A DNA stretch of 58,642 nt from an uncultured Candidatus Bathyarchaeia archaeon (GTDB lineage Archaea > Thermoproteota > Bathyarchaeia > Bathyarchaeales > Bathycorpusculaceae), in the NCBI GenBank assembly GCA_964620515.1, contig CAZUHG010000001.1:1-58642 (forward strand), given 5' to 3'. The notes below the pieces were generated by a model. That model had not been told where the DNA came from. It ran no database searches and saw only the letters and a list, made by a program, of their open reading frames with translations. Every line of letters starts with the position of its first letter. The first letter of the stretch is position 1. Both the position numbers and the translations under genes were made by a program. This document shows positions 34,703-44,184 of this stretch, one piece after another.

Positions 34703-36664
34703 GTGAATATAGTGGTTCAGAAAGAAATCAGTAAAAAAACTCGCGTTTACGGAACAGTTGCAACTCTCTCAGCCATAGTACTGGTCGCTTTAATCTACGT
34801 TTACGGTTCAACACCAGGCGTGTTCACGCCCGACACGTTGCCGGAAACTTCGCCAATGAAACAATTCACATCCTACAATGAACTCAAAACCTTCTTAGCC
34901 ACAAACACCCAAGGCGGCTCCACTTATTATGGCGGCGGTCCTCTGGACTCCCAAGTCTTCGGAGCTTCACGTCAGGCAATAGACGCCGCAGTGCCTGCCG
35001 CTGAAGGTACAGGAGACTACAGTAACTCTTATTCAAAAACTAACATTCAGGTTGAAGGAGTTGACGAAGCCGACATCGTGAAAACAGACGGCAAATACAT
35101 CTACGTCGCAACCAACAATAACTTTCAGTCAGCAAGCCAAAACAACGTGTACATCGTGAAAGCGGACCCGCAAGACCCGCGTGTAATCGCAAAGATACCT
35201 CTCGGCAACAGCACGTACATAGCAGGCTTGTTCCTAAGCGAAGACAGCAGTAAACTAGTGGTTATCGGAAGCCAATACCAACTCTACGCGTATGAAGCTG
35301 CGGCGCGATCTGAAGACGCAATGATCTATCCCTACTACAGCAACGTCAACACTTTCTTGAGCGTCTATGACGTTTCTGAGAAAGCCATCCCTGTGCTAGC
35401 GCGGAACCTCACCTTAAATGGCAGCTACTTCAACTCCCGAATGATCGGCAACTACGTGTACGCCGTTGTCAGCCAACCCACCTACTTCATCAACAACAAT
35501 GTTGTTCTTCCGCAAATTTACGAAGACACAGAAGCCTTCGAGATTGAGCCGACGAGAATCTACTATGCTGATGCGGTGGAACCAACTTACTTTACTTTCA
35601 CTACGTTCATCGGACTCAACATAATGGACGACGCGCAAGAGCCGACTAACATGACGGTTATGATGGGTGGCACAAGCAACATGTACGTTTCCTTGGGCAA
35701 CATCTACGTGACTTACCCGACATGGAGTGAACAGGGACAATACACGTCAATTTACAGAGTACACGTAAACGGCAGCAAAGTGGATTTTGAAGCAAAAGGC
35801 AACGTAGCAGGCTACGTGCTTAACCAGTACTCAATGGACGAATACAACGGGTACTTCAGGTTAGCCACCACTTCACAGAAGAACCAGACGCAGCAGAACA
35901 ATGTTTACGTGCTTGACATGGACCTGAACATAACGGGCAAAGTGGAAAACCTTGCCAAAGATGAAAGAATATACTCAGCCAGATTCATGGGCGACAAATG
36001 CTACCTCGTCACATTCCGCCAAGTAGACCCGTTCTTTGTGCTGGATATGAGCAACCCTGCAGAACCCAAAGTCGCGGGCGAACTCAAGATTCCAGGATAC
36101 TCAAGCTACCTGCATCCTTACGATGAGAACCACGTGATAGGTTTGGGCAAAGAGGGTAACTTCGTGAAACTTTCTCTGTTCGACGTTTCAAACGTATACG
36201 CGCCGACGGAAATAGCCAAATTTGTCGTAGATGGCGACTACACTGACCCTGCGGCGTATGATAACAGCACTGGTTGGCCAACGAACCTGTTTGACTATAC
36301 TGACTCTGAGGCATTGAACGATCCGAAGGCGTTTCTGTTCGACGATCAGAAAGATGGTCTTCTGGTCATTCCAATGTCGACACTCAAGTACGGTGAAATT
36401 GTCGGCGAGGACACCACCTATTGGGGACAAACAGGATACTGGCAAGGTGCATACGTTTTCAAAGTAGCCACAAGCGGCTTCACGCTGAGGGGCGGCATAA
36501 CACACCAAGAAAACTTCAGTCCGCAATACTACGGCTACGACTACAACATGTGGGTGCACAGAGCGCTTTACATCGACAACACGCTTTACACGGTGTCCAA
36601 CGCGAAAGTCCTGCTCAACAACTTAGACACGCTGACGTTGATAACAGAAGTAAACCTGAGTTAA
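34703..36664 (+). CDS. secreted beta-propeller domain protein (COG4880 / Beta_propel family)
   Basis: N-terminal signal anchor, VEGVDEADIVKTDGKYIYV, and the hallmark FRQVDPFFVLDMSNPAEPKVAGELKIPGYSSYLHPYDENHVIGLG. The start codon is GTG. Confidence 0.85.
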   Translation: MNIVVQKEISKKTRVYGTVATLSAIVLVALIYVYGSTPGVFTPDTLPETSPMKQFTSYNELKTFLATNTQGGSTYYGGGPLDSQVFGASRQAIDAAVPAAEGTGDYSNSYSKTNIQVEGVDEADIVKTDGKYIYVATNNNFQSASQNNVYIVKADPQDPRVIAKIPLGNSTYIAGLFLSEDSSKLVVIGSQYQLYAYEAAARSEDAMIYPYYSNVNTFLSVYDVSEKAIPVLARNLTLNGSYFNSRMIGNYVYAVVSQPTYFINNNVVLPQIYEDTEAFEIEPTRIYYADAVEPTYFTFTTFIGLNIMDDAQEPTNMTVMMGGTSNMYVSLGNIYVTYPTWSEQGQYTSIYRVHVNGSKVDFEAKGNVAGYVLNQYSMDEYNGYFRLATTSQKNQTQQNNVYVLDMDLNITGKVENLAKDERIYSARFMGDKCYLVTFRQVDPFFVLDMSNPAEPKVAGELKIPGYSSYLHPYDENHVIGLGKEGNFVKLSLFDVSNVYAPTEIAKFVVDGDYTDPAAYDNSTGWPTNLFDYTDSEALNDPKAFLFDDQKDGLLVIPMSTLKYGEIVGEDTTYWGQTGYWQGAYVFKVATSGFTLRGGITHQENFSPQYYGYDYNMWVHRALYIDNTLYTVSNAKVLLNNLDTLTLITEVNLS

Positions 36665-36690
36665 CAACCCTTTTTTCTTTAATTTTTATT

Positions 36691-38055
36691 CTATTCTGGT
36701 TCTATGTGAACCGTAACAACCGCGTCCGCAAAATACTCAGCTATTTCCTTCTCCAACTGCGATGCAACCTCATGAGCCTCCGTTAAAGGAACATGCTTCG
36801 TGAAGCAGCAGTCTATGTTTATGTACCGTTTACCATCAGCCGCGTAAGTCACTGTTCTCTTCAAGCGCAAACTGGCTTTAACTTTCTTCGCCAACCTGCG
36901 AATCAGCTTTTTAAGTTCATCCTCATCTATCTCAGTCGCATGCTTTTCAACGCCGTACGGTTCAACGTGCACGGTCACGTTCTCAAGTTGCTTGATTTCC
37001 GCGTGCATTCTGTTCTCGATTGTCTCAGCGATTTCATGCGCTTCCGCCACTGACAGCTTCGGGTCCACGTACGCGTGCAACGTGATGTAGAGTTTTCCGC
37101 GTGCATAAACAGTTACGATGTCGTGTACTTCTTTCACATTTTCCACGGTTGCCAGCTTCTCAACAAGCTGCTCCACTTTGGTTTCTTCCTCTGAGGGTTC
37201 TATGTGAATTGTTGCGTCAACGTTTCCAAAGGTTTTCTTCAAGTCATCCTCGATACTCGAAGCTAATGCATGTGCCTCTTCTAAGCTCATCAAGCTTGAA
37301 ACTTGCACCGTGCATTCGGCGAAGATTTTTGAGCCTACTTTTCGCACTTTGAGGTTTCGGCAATTAAGAATTCCGTCATGGGCAAGCACTGCTTTTCTGG
37401 TTTTTTGAACAAGCTCTTTCGACGCTGTGTCGCTTAGCTCCATTATGCTGCTTCTGACGAGTCTGATGCTCATGTAGCTGAGCAGAATGCCAAGCACTAT
37501 AGACGAGATTGAATCGCCTTGGTAGAATCCGATGTTGGCTAAGCCGAATCCGAGAAAGGCAATTGCTGTTGAGCTTAAGTCTGCTAGCGCATGGTAAAAT
37601 CCTGCTTTAACGGTGCTGCTTTCGCTGTGCGTTGCTTTTCTGAAGATGAACATTCTGAGGATGTCTATGCAGAAGGTATAGCCTATAGCAAAGAACCCTG
37701 CGAGCCCCAAGCCAGTGTTCACGCCTCCGCCCTGAGTCAGTTTTGAGACAGCTTCATAAATCACGAGAATGCCAACGCCTATGAGCACGATGCCGCCTGT
37801 CAACCCGCCTATGGGCTCAAACTTCTCGTGCCCATAAGTGTGCTCCTCATCTGGCGGCTTAAGCGCCTGTTTAGTCGCCACAAAAAGCATAACGCTTGTT
37901 ATAACGTCAAGCGATGCGTGTAAGCCGTCACTGAGAATAGCTAAACTGTTAACGACCAAGCCCAAGATGACTTCTACTATTACCACAGTTGCGATTGCAA
38001 CAGCAGAAATTTTCAGGACTCTGAGCTTGTAGTCGTCTTCTGGACGTTCTGGCAT
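36691..38055 (-). CDS. cation diffusion facilitator (CDF) transporter with three tandem cytoplasmic C-terminal domains
   Basis: The TM domain has SLAILSDGLHASLDVITS and HTYGHEKFEPIGG. Three repeats follow, ending ATIHIEPSE, VTVHVEPYG and VTVHIEPE, each with an xEAHxxA helix. The ATG at 38055 is preferred over two upstream TTG codons. Confidence 0.85.
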   Translation of the reverse strand: MPERPEDDYKLRVLKISAVAIATVVIVEVILGLVVNSLAILSDGLHASLDVITSVMLFVATKQALKPPDEEHTYGHEKFEPIGGLTGGIVLIGVGILVIYEAVSKLTQGGGVNTGLGLAGFFAIGYTFCIDILRMFIFRKATHSESSTVKAGFYHALADLSSTAIAFLGFGLANIGFYQGDSISSIVLGILLSYMSIRLVRSSIMELSDTASKELVQKTRKAVLAHDGILNCRNLKVRKVGSKIFAECTVQVSSLMSLEEAHALASSIEDDLKKTFGNVDATIHIEPSEEETKVEQLVEKLATVENVKEVHDIVTVYARGKLYITLHAYVDPKLSVAEAHEIAETIENRMHAEIKQLENVTVHVEPYGVEKHATEIDEDELKKLIRRLAKKVKASLRLKRTVTYAADGKRYINIDCCFTKHVPLTEAHEVASQLEKEIAEYFADAVVTVHIEPE

Positions 38056-38288
38056 CAACAATCAGCTTATATGCTCGAAGCAAGGGCGATTTAAGAGTTA
38101 CGGGCAGCAATCAACCATCCAACTTTCAAAAAGCTTCTTAATCGGGGTTATCTGCTGCACATTCCCGACATGATTCTCTTCGTGAACGCCAACATTCAGG
38201 GTTTCTGAACCCGCTGTTAAAGAAGTTTAAAATAATAATCGATAGCCATTTAGGTTTGAAAACAATAGTAGAGAGAAGTTGATGCGGA

Positions 38289-39572
38289 ATGGCTTTGGTG
38301 AAAATTCGCGAAGTCCTTGACGGATGCTATGAAGATAAGAAAGTTACAATTAGAGGCTGGGTTTACCGCAAAAGAGAAGGGAAAGAGCTAATTTTCCTGT
38401 TGGTGCGGGACTCGACGGGTTTCATCCAGTGCACCGTCAAGAAAAACGGCGCTGCGTGGAGCGAAGCAGAACGCCTAACAATTGAATCTTCCTTAACGCT
38501 TGAGGGCACAGCTAAACCTGACAAGCGCGCGCCAGGAGGCTACGAAATCGCCGCTGAATCCATCGCCGTTATCGGCTTAGCTGAACTTTTCCCGATAACC
38601 AAAGACCAAAGCGAGCAGTTCATCCGCGATGTCCGCCACCTCTGGCTACGCAGCCGCCGGATGAACCTGGTGATGAAGATTCGAGCGGACGTTCTGGAAT
38701 TCACCCGTGACTTCTTTAAGAAGCAAGAGTTCACAGAGGTTTCTCCGCCCATGTTTATTTCTGCCGCTGTTGAGGGCGGCTCAACCCTTTTCGGCTTGAA
38801 ATATTTTGACCAGAACCTCTATTTGACGCAGAGTTCCCAGCTTTACCTTGAAATTCTGATTTATTCGTTGGAGAAGGTCTACTGTATCGCACCGTCGTTT
38901 CGCGCTGAAAAGAGTCGAACAATACGGCATTTGACGGAGTACTGGCACATCGAAGGTGAATGGCCCTTCGCTGACATGAATGACTTGATGCGTTTTGAAG
39001 AGGAGCTTATGGCTTATATCTGCCAGCAAACCGCTGAAAAATGCAAACCTGAACTTGAAGAGTTAGGCGTTGATGTTTCCAAGCTGGCTTCGGTTAAAAC
39101 TCCGTTTCCGAAAATGACGTATGCTGAGGCGGTTGAGTTTCTCCGCAAGAAGGGCGCGAAGGTGAAGTGGGGCGACGACTTAGGCTACGATGACGAAAAG
39201 CTTTTGGCGGAAGAGTTTGGTAAACCGTTCTTCGTTTATGATTATCCAACTGCTATCAAAGCGTTTTACTGCAAAACGCACCGTGACCGCCCTGAAGTTG
39301 CCATGTCCGTGGATATGATGGTGCCCCGAATAGGCGAGGTTTCCACGGGCGGCGCCAGAGAAGACGACAAAGAAGTGCTGATTAAACGGATTAAAGAGAT
39401 GGGGTTGAAGGCAGAGGATTACGAGTGGTACTTGGACCTCAGGCGTTACGGCACTGTACCGCATGTAGGTTTCGGCATGGGTTTGGAGAGGCTACTGGCT
39501 TGGATGCTTGACTTGGAAAACATTATTGATGCTATTCCGTTTCCGAGAACAACCCGAAGGTTCTATCCATAA
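38289..39572 (+). CDS. asnS: asparagine--tRNA ligase
   Basis: IRGWVYRKREGKELIFLLVRDSTGFIQ, KRAPGGYEI, AAVEGGSTLFGLKYFDQNLYLTQSSQLYLE, PSFRAEKSRTIRHLTEYWHIE, YEWYLDLRRYGTVPHVGFGMGLERL and FPRTTRRFYP closely follow archaeal AsnRS as I remember it. Confidence 0.88.
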   Translation: MALVKIREVLDGCYEDKKVTIRGWVYRKREGKELIFLLVRDSTGFIQCTVKKNGAAWSEAERLTIESSLTLEGTAKPDKRAPGGYEIAAESIAVIGLAELFPITKDQSEQFIRDVRHLWLRSRRMNLVMKIRADVLEFTRDFFKKQEFTEVSPPMFISAAVEGGSTLFGLKYFDQNLYLTQSSQLYLEILIYSLEKVYCIAPSFRAEKSRTIRHLTEYWHIEGEWPFADMNDLMRFEEELMAYICQQTAEKCKPELEELGVDVSKLASVKTPFPKMTYAEAVEFLRKKGAKVKWGDDLGYDDEKLLAEEFGKPFFVYDYPTAIKAFYCKTHRDRPEVAMSVDMMVPRIGEVSTGGAREDDKEVLIKRIKEMGLKAEDYEWYLDLRRYGTVPHVGFGMGLERLLAWMLDLENIIDAIPFPRTTRRFYP

Positions 39573-39634
39573 CAGTATTCCTCATTCTAAAACAGTCTAC
39601 CGTGAACACTTAACCCGCGCTCTTGCATGTGCTG

Positions 39635-41008
39635 TTATAGCTCTAAAATCGTGTTTATTTTTCGCATAACCCGCTTCATACTGCGCCGATTTATTTGGTT
39701 GTTTTCAATACCGTTCCATAACTGCAACATTAGCCCTTCTTTTAGGCAACTTCGCATTTCTTCTTCGGGAATGGGCAGTTTTAAAGGCAAATTTTTGTTT
39801 TCGGAAATAATGTTATGTCTCACTGCGATATCGTGAAGTTTAGAACCTATGATGGGGTTAGTAATAGACCAAGATATGTAAGTTACTAATTTATCCTTCA
39901 AAAGTTGTTTAATAGTGCTTAGAGTTTGGCACACTTCTGCAGTTGTTTCGTATTTCAGCGCTCCGTTTTCTTCCCAAGCGTTATACAACATAAAGAAGCC
40001 ATAGACCTTAATTTTATGTTTCTTCAGAATATTCAATGTGCGCATGGTGTCTTCGAACGTGATCATTTTGTTAATGCCTTTTAAAACCCTGTTGTTAACT
40101 GATTCTATGCCAATGTGCACGAGCCAGCAATTAATCGCTTTCAGCTCTTCAGCGAGTTTCTCAGTAACCTTATCTGCTCTAAGATTGCATTGGAAATATA
40201 AATCTTTCAAATTCAACTTTTCAATTTCTTCGCAGACAGAAACCGCCCAGTCAACATCGGCATTAAAGGTGTCGCATCTAATGTAAATCTCTCTAACACC
40301 CCTATCGTGTAGATACTTAACTTCTTCAGCAATGTTCTGAGGTGAACGCAATCTAACCCAAGGCTTCTTCAGCCTCCACACAGGAATGCTGCAGAAAGTA
40401 CAGGCGCAGGGGCAGCCTCTTGCCGGTAAAACGTAAGCAAAAGGATACTTCTTCCTAACAGGTCCATCGTATTTTGTGAAGTCTATTATGTCCCATGCAG
40501 GCAGAAAGTTTATGTCCTCAATCAACCTGCGCAGCTGATTGGAATGGATACTTCCCAACTTATCCTGATAGGCTATGCCCTCTACGCTAGATAGCTCCTT
40601 GTTTTCCTGAAGAGCTTTCAGAAGTTCTACAAACGTTTCTTCTCCTTCACCGATAACACAAATATCCGTTTCAGAATTAGCGAATACGTCGTTTGAATCA
40701 AAAGTTGGATGGGGTCCTCCAGCCACAACTAAAACACTAGGCAGCACTTGTTTAACGTGGTTTATCACTTCAAACGCCAATGCTTTTTTTGGTGTAGTAA
40801 AAGAAACCCCGTAAACGTCTGGTTTTAACCTTTTAATTTCAGCTAAATGCTGTTCTAGATTTAAAAATGGTTCTAAATAATGAAATTCAACGTTGGGCAC
40901 TCTGTTTCGTGCATAGGAAATCATGTATAAAATGCCAAGATTAGGTGACTCTGTCACGGCTTCGCCTTCCAAATGCGCCATCGGTACGTCAGCGAAGACA
41001 ACTTTCAC
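39635..41008 (-). CDS. B12-binding-domain radical SAM protein (class B), copy 1
   Basis: An N-terminal Rossmann-like B12-binding region (VLVVAGGPHPTF, DICVIGEGEETFVELL), a CxxxCxxC cluster (ARGCPCACTFCSIP) and an HIGIESVN motif. The start codon is GTG. Confidence 0.85.
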   Translation of the reverse strand: MKVVFADVPMAHLEGEAVTESPNLGILYMISYARNRVPNVEFHYLEPFLNLEQHLAEIKRLKPDVYGVSFTTPKKALAFEVINHVKQVLPSVLVVAGGPHPTFDSNDVFANSETDICVIGEGEETFVELLKALQENKELSSVEGIAYQDKLGSIHSNQLRRLIEDINFLPAWDIIDFTKYDGPVRKKYPFAYVLPARGCPCACTFCSIPVWRLKKPWVRLRSPQNIAEEVKYLHDRGVREIYIRCDTFNADVDWAVSVCEEIEKLNLKDLYFQCNLRADKVTEKLAEELKAINCWLVHIGIESVNNRVLKGINKMITFEDTMRTLNILKKHKIKVYGFFMLYNAWEENGALKYETTAEVCQTLSTIKQLLKDKLVTYISWSITNPIIGSKLHDIAVRHNIISENKNLPLKLPIPEEEMRSCLKEGLMLQLWNGIENNQINRRSMKRVMRKINTILEL

Positions 41009-41148
41009 TTACTTGCATCCTCGTTTCTGCGGGTACCATGATAATTACTGCGCGTTAACATATCCTTTTCGCTTAAGCGTTTCTTGAAGCACTTAGCAGC
41101 GCCAAAAGGGCTACCGTTTACTTCAGAAAAAATCTTCTTTGCATCAAG

Positions 41149-41850
41149 TTACGTGTGTCCTGTGAAAGCCTCAAGCCTCAGCTGAGTTTGTGGCAACCCT
41201 AAGTCTTTGACGAGCTTTTCCATTGCCTGCACCATTGGAGGAGGACCGCACGCGTAGAACCCTCGTTCCTTGTAGTCAAGCACTTCTTTTTTCAACATTT
41301 CCGCGTTAATCACTCCTGTGGCGCCTTTCCAAGCGTTGCTGGCTTCGCTGAGTATGAAAACCACTTTGAGATTCTTGTTTTGCTTCTCCATCTCTTCCAG
41401 CTCTTTTTTGAAAACTATATCGCTTTCGCTTCGGTTGCCATAAAGCAAAGTAATCTTGGCAGTTAAGCGCATGTCTGTGCAGTACTTGCAAATGCTCCTA
41501 AACGGGGTTATCCCGATCCCTCCAGCAAGCAGGACTATTTTTTCGTTTTCGCCCTCAAAAGTGAACTTGCCATAAGGCGCGTCTATCGTTGCCCAATCGC
41601 CCACTTTAAATGTCCTTAAAGCGGTTGAGAATTCGCTGTCTGTGAGTTTTTTAGTGAACTCAATGTGCTCTTTTTCCGTCGGGCTACTGGATAAGCTGAA
41701 CGGTTTGGTCAGTGTCTTCCCGCTGGATTTTAGTGTTGCAAACAAATACTGTCCTGGTTTGTAGCTTAAGGTTGTTGGTCTTGGGAATCTAAAAGTTGTC
41801 ACGTTGTAGGTGTGCGGTATAATCTCCTTCACGTAAGTTTCGAACTTCAT
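41149..41850 (-). CDS. FNR-family FAD/NAD(P)-binding oxidoreductase (flavin reductase module, no Fe-S domain)
   Basis: YNVTTFRFPRP..YKPGQYLFATL, KPFSLSSSP (RxYS-like FAD motif), and VLLAGGIGITPFRS (NAD(P) motif), ending in ..LEAFTGHT. The ATG at 41850 is preferred; an alternative TTG is at 41874. Confidence 0.8.
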   Translation of the reverse strand: MKFETYVKEIIPHTYNVTTFRFPRPTTLSYKPGQYLFATLKSSGKTLTKPFSLSSSPTEKEHIEFTKKLTDSEFSTALRTFKVGDWATIDAPYGKFTFEGENEKIVLLAGGIGITPFRSICKYCTDMRLTAKITLLYGNRSESDIVFKKELEEMEKQNKNLKVVFILSEASNAWKGATGVINAEMLKKEVLDYKERGFYACGPPPMVQAMEKLVKDLGLPQTQLRLEAFTGHT

Positions 41851-41920
41851 AAAAATCTCTCTCTTTTCAGGCAAACTTCAGTTAGTGTTTTACGGGTACA
41901 TCTATAAAATTGTATCGTGG

Positions 41921-43354
41921 CTAGGCTACGCTGTTCGCTGCTTCCCTGATTTCGCCTAGTCGACTCAGATTGCTCACTAAGACATTCATCCGATACATGC
42001 TTTTCAAAGTTTGCACAGCCTGCTTCACTAAAAAGTTTGGGCGACAGACATGCTGATAAAAGGCGTTATGCATGATTTGCATTATTTCGTCACGGGCAAC
42101 CCTTGCATAAGGGTACACTTCAGAAACGGCAACGCCCTTCTCCCACAATTTCTCTGGGTCTATGAAGCCTTTAGCTACAAACTCGTTCCAAATGTCGTTG
42201 CCAGGGTGAGCGCCAAGTATGTTGAATTGCGGGAGGTCTATGGGAACCTGCTGAGCAAAATTTATTGTGTTCCAAATCTCCTCGCGAGTTTCATCTGGAG
42301 CGCCAACTATGAAAGACCCGGCGATAACATCCACTCCAGCTTTCTTGGCTGTTTTCACGGCGGTTTCTGACTGCTCAGGGGTAATTCTCTTGTTGTAGTA
42401 GTTTAGGATTCGCTGGTTGGCGCTTTCGATGCCTAAATAGAGGACTTTGCAGCCTGCCTGCACCATTTCACGCAGCATACCGTAGGAGCAAATGTCGACT
42501 CTTCCTTCACATATCCACTCTAAGTCAAGTTTCTCTTTTCTTATGCCTCTGCAGATTTCTATCACTCTTTTCGGGTTCATGGTGAAGGCGTCATCCACGA
42601 AAATGAGTTGCTTGTACCCTTCGCTGGCTAACAACTGCAGTTCCTCCACAGTGTTTTTGGCTGATCTTGGCCGCCACCTTTTTTTGGCAAGTTCCGTGCA
42701 GCTACAAAATCTGCAGCCGTAAACGCAGCCGCGAGAGGTGACGATGCTTGTGAACTTTTTTGGCGCGATGTTTGCTCCTGCAACTACGCAGTGATATTCT
42801 ACGTTGAGCAGTTTGCGGTCTGGAAAAGGCAGGGAATCTAAGTCCTGAATTAACTGCTGATCAGGCGTAGAGACCATTTTTCCTTCATTTCTGAAGTTGA
42901 TTCCCCGAATTTTCTTCAGGTCCTCTCCGTTTTTCAGGCAGTTTGCCAGTGCCACAACGGTTTTTTCGCCTTCGCCGCGGGCGACTATGTCAACGGAAGA
43001 GTATTTCCTAAGAATTCGCTCTGCGTTGAATGTAGCGTGATGGTTACCGAAAACTGTAGTGACCTCTGGGTTTTTCTCTTTCACTTTATTGCTTATCAGC
43101 CCCGCGGTCTGACCTGAACTAGTAAGCGTTGAGAAACCCAGCACGTCAGGGTTTTCTTTCTCCACCCAACGCACGGTTTCTTCCACCGTAAAGCCTAGCG
43201 CAGGCTGATCCAACACTGAAACTTCAACACCTATTTTCTTGAGGACCGCCGCTAAATACAAGATGTTTAAAGGTGGAAACGCGGCGATGGATTTTCTGCC
43301 TTCCCGTTCATCAATGCCTTCGTTGGGACTTGCGCTGATAAACGAGAACTTCAT
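41921..43354 (-). CDS. B12-binding-domain radical SAM protein (class B), copy 2
   Basis: An N-terminal B12-binding-like region (VTTVFGNHHATF, DIVARGEGEKTVVALA), a cluster motif SRGCVYGCRFCSCT, and LGIESANQ. Confidence 0.85.
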   Translation of the reverse strand: MKFSFISASPNEGIDEREGRKSIAAFPPLNILYLAAVLKKIGVEVSVLDQPALGFTVEETVRWVEKENPDVLGFSTLTSSGQTAGLISNKVKEKNPEVTTVFGNHHATFNAERILRKYSSVDIVARGEGEKTVVALANCLKNGEDLKKIRGINFRNEGKMVSTPDQQLIQDLDSLPFPDRKLLNVEYHCVVAGANIAPKKFTSIVTSRGCVYGCRFCSCTELAKKRWRPRSAKNTVEELQLLASEGYKQLIFVDDAFTMNPKRVIEICRGIRKEKLDLEWICEGRVDICSYGMLREMVQAGCKVLYLGIESANQRILNYYNKRITPEQSETAVKTAKKAGVDVIAGSFIVGAPDETREEIWNTINFAQQVPIDLPQFNILGAHPGNDIWNEFVAKGFIDPEKLWEKGVAVSEVYPYARVARDEIMQIMHNAFYQHVCRPNFLVKQAVQTLKSMYRMNVLVSNLSRLGEIREAANSVA

Positions 43355-43430
43355 ATAAGCACTTCGTTTTGCTTATTCATCTGAATCTGCACATAAATTT
43401 TTAGATAATCTCAAACTGCAGTTCATTTAG

Positions 43431-43476
43431 CGTTTCAACCTATTTATAAGGGAGGGGGTGCTCTCGCAGAGAAGCA
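43431..43476 (-). promoter_or_regulatory. C-rich + TATA promoter-like module (shared with 2819..2866)
   Basis: The minus strand reads CTCTGCGAGAGCACCCCCTCCCTTATAAATAGGTTGAAACG, about 85-95 nt upstream of the radical SAM ATG at 43354. It directly abuts repeat copy C. Confidence 0.4.
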
Positions 43477-43584
43477 AACGCCAAACCCATAATAATTGCC
43501 GCCTAACAGAAATAACATGCAGAGACCCATAAGGGGAGACCACTATTGGCGCTTTCCGCAACCAAAAGCATGATGAAAACAGGC
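43477..43584 (-). repeat. 108-bp intergenic element, copy C (inverted relative to copy B)
   Basis: Its reverse complement equals 19313..19420 except for one base, by manual alignment. Confidence 0.9.
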
Positions 43585-43716
43585 ATTGGAAAGTTGAGGC
43601 CCAATTGCATACTTAATGGTATTAGGCTCCCGTAGAGCATGCTATTCTGTCCAGAGAATATTTATATTAGGCTTAATGATTTTACTGCAAGGAAAAACCG
43701 TAAGGAAACAGGCATC

Positions 43717-44181
43717 TTGACAACTCCCTATGACGTTCCAGCATTACAGTTCATCGAAAAACTAGCTAAATACCTGAAAGAGAACGTTGATGAAGTGCAA
43801 CCTCCAGCATGGGCAAGCCTTGCTAAAACTGGCGCTCATGTGGAAAAGCAACCGCAAAACCCTAATTGGTGGTACATACGTAGCGCTTCGATACTGCGTA
43901 AGGTCTACATTCACGGTCCCATAGGCATAGAAAAACTGCGCGCCGACTACGGAGGAAGAAAAGATTTCGGCGTCAAACCTGAGCACGTGGTGAAAGCTGG
44001 TGGAAGCAACATCAGAAAAGTCCTGCAGCAGCTAGAAGCAGCAGGTTTAGTTCAAACGGCACGCCCTCAGGGAAGAACAATGACTCCAAAAGGGCGAAAA
44101 CTTCTTCAGGAAGTAGCTGAGGACCTGCAGAAAGAGTTAGCGAAAGCGGTTCCTGAACTCAGGAAATATCAAGGCGAATAA
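43717..44181 (+). CDS. rps19e: 30S ribosomal protein S19e
   Basis: (M)TTPYDVPALQFIEKLAKYLKEN...WWYIRSASILRKVYIHGPIGIEKLRADYGG.... A TTG at 43717 gives the canonical N-terminus. The ORF-track start at 43639 adds 26 atypical residues. A TATA-like AATATTTATATTAGG lies at about 43657-43671. Confidence 0.9.
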   Translation: MTTPYDVPALQFIEKLAKYLKENVDEVQPPAWASLAKTGAHVEKQPQNPNWWYIRSASILRKVYIHGPIGIEKLRADYGGRKDFGVKPEHVVKAGGSNIRKVLQQLEAAGLVQTARPQGRTMTPKGRKLLQEVAEDLQKELAKAVPELRKYQGE

Positions 44182-44184
44182 GTG

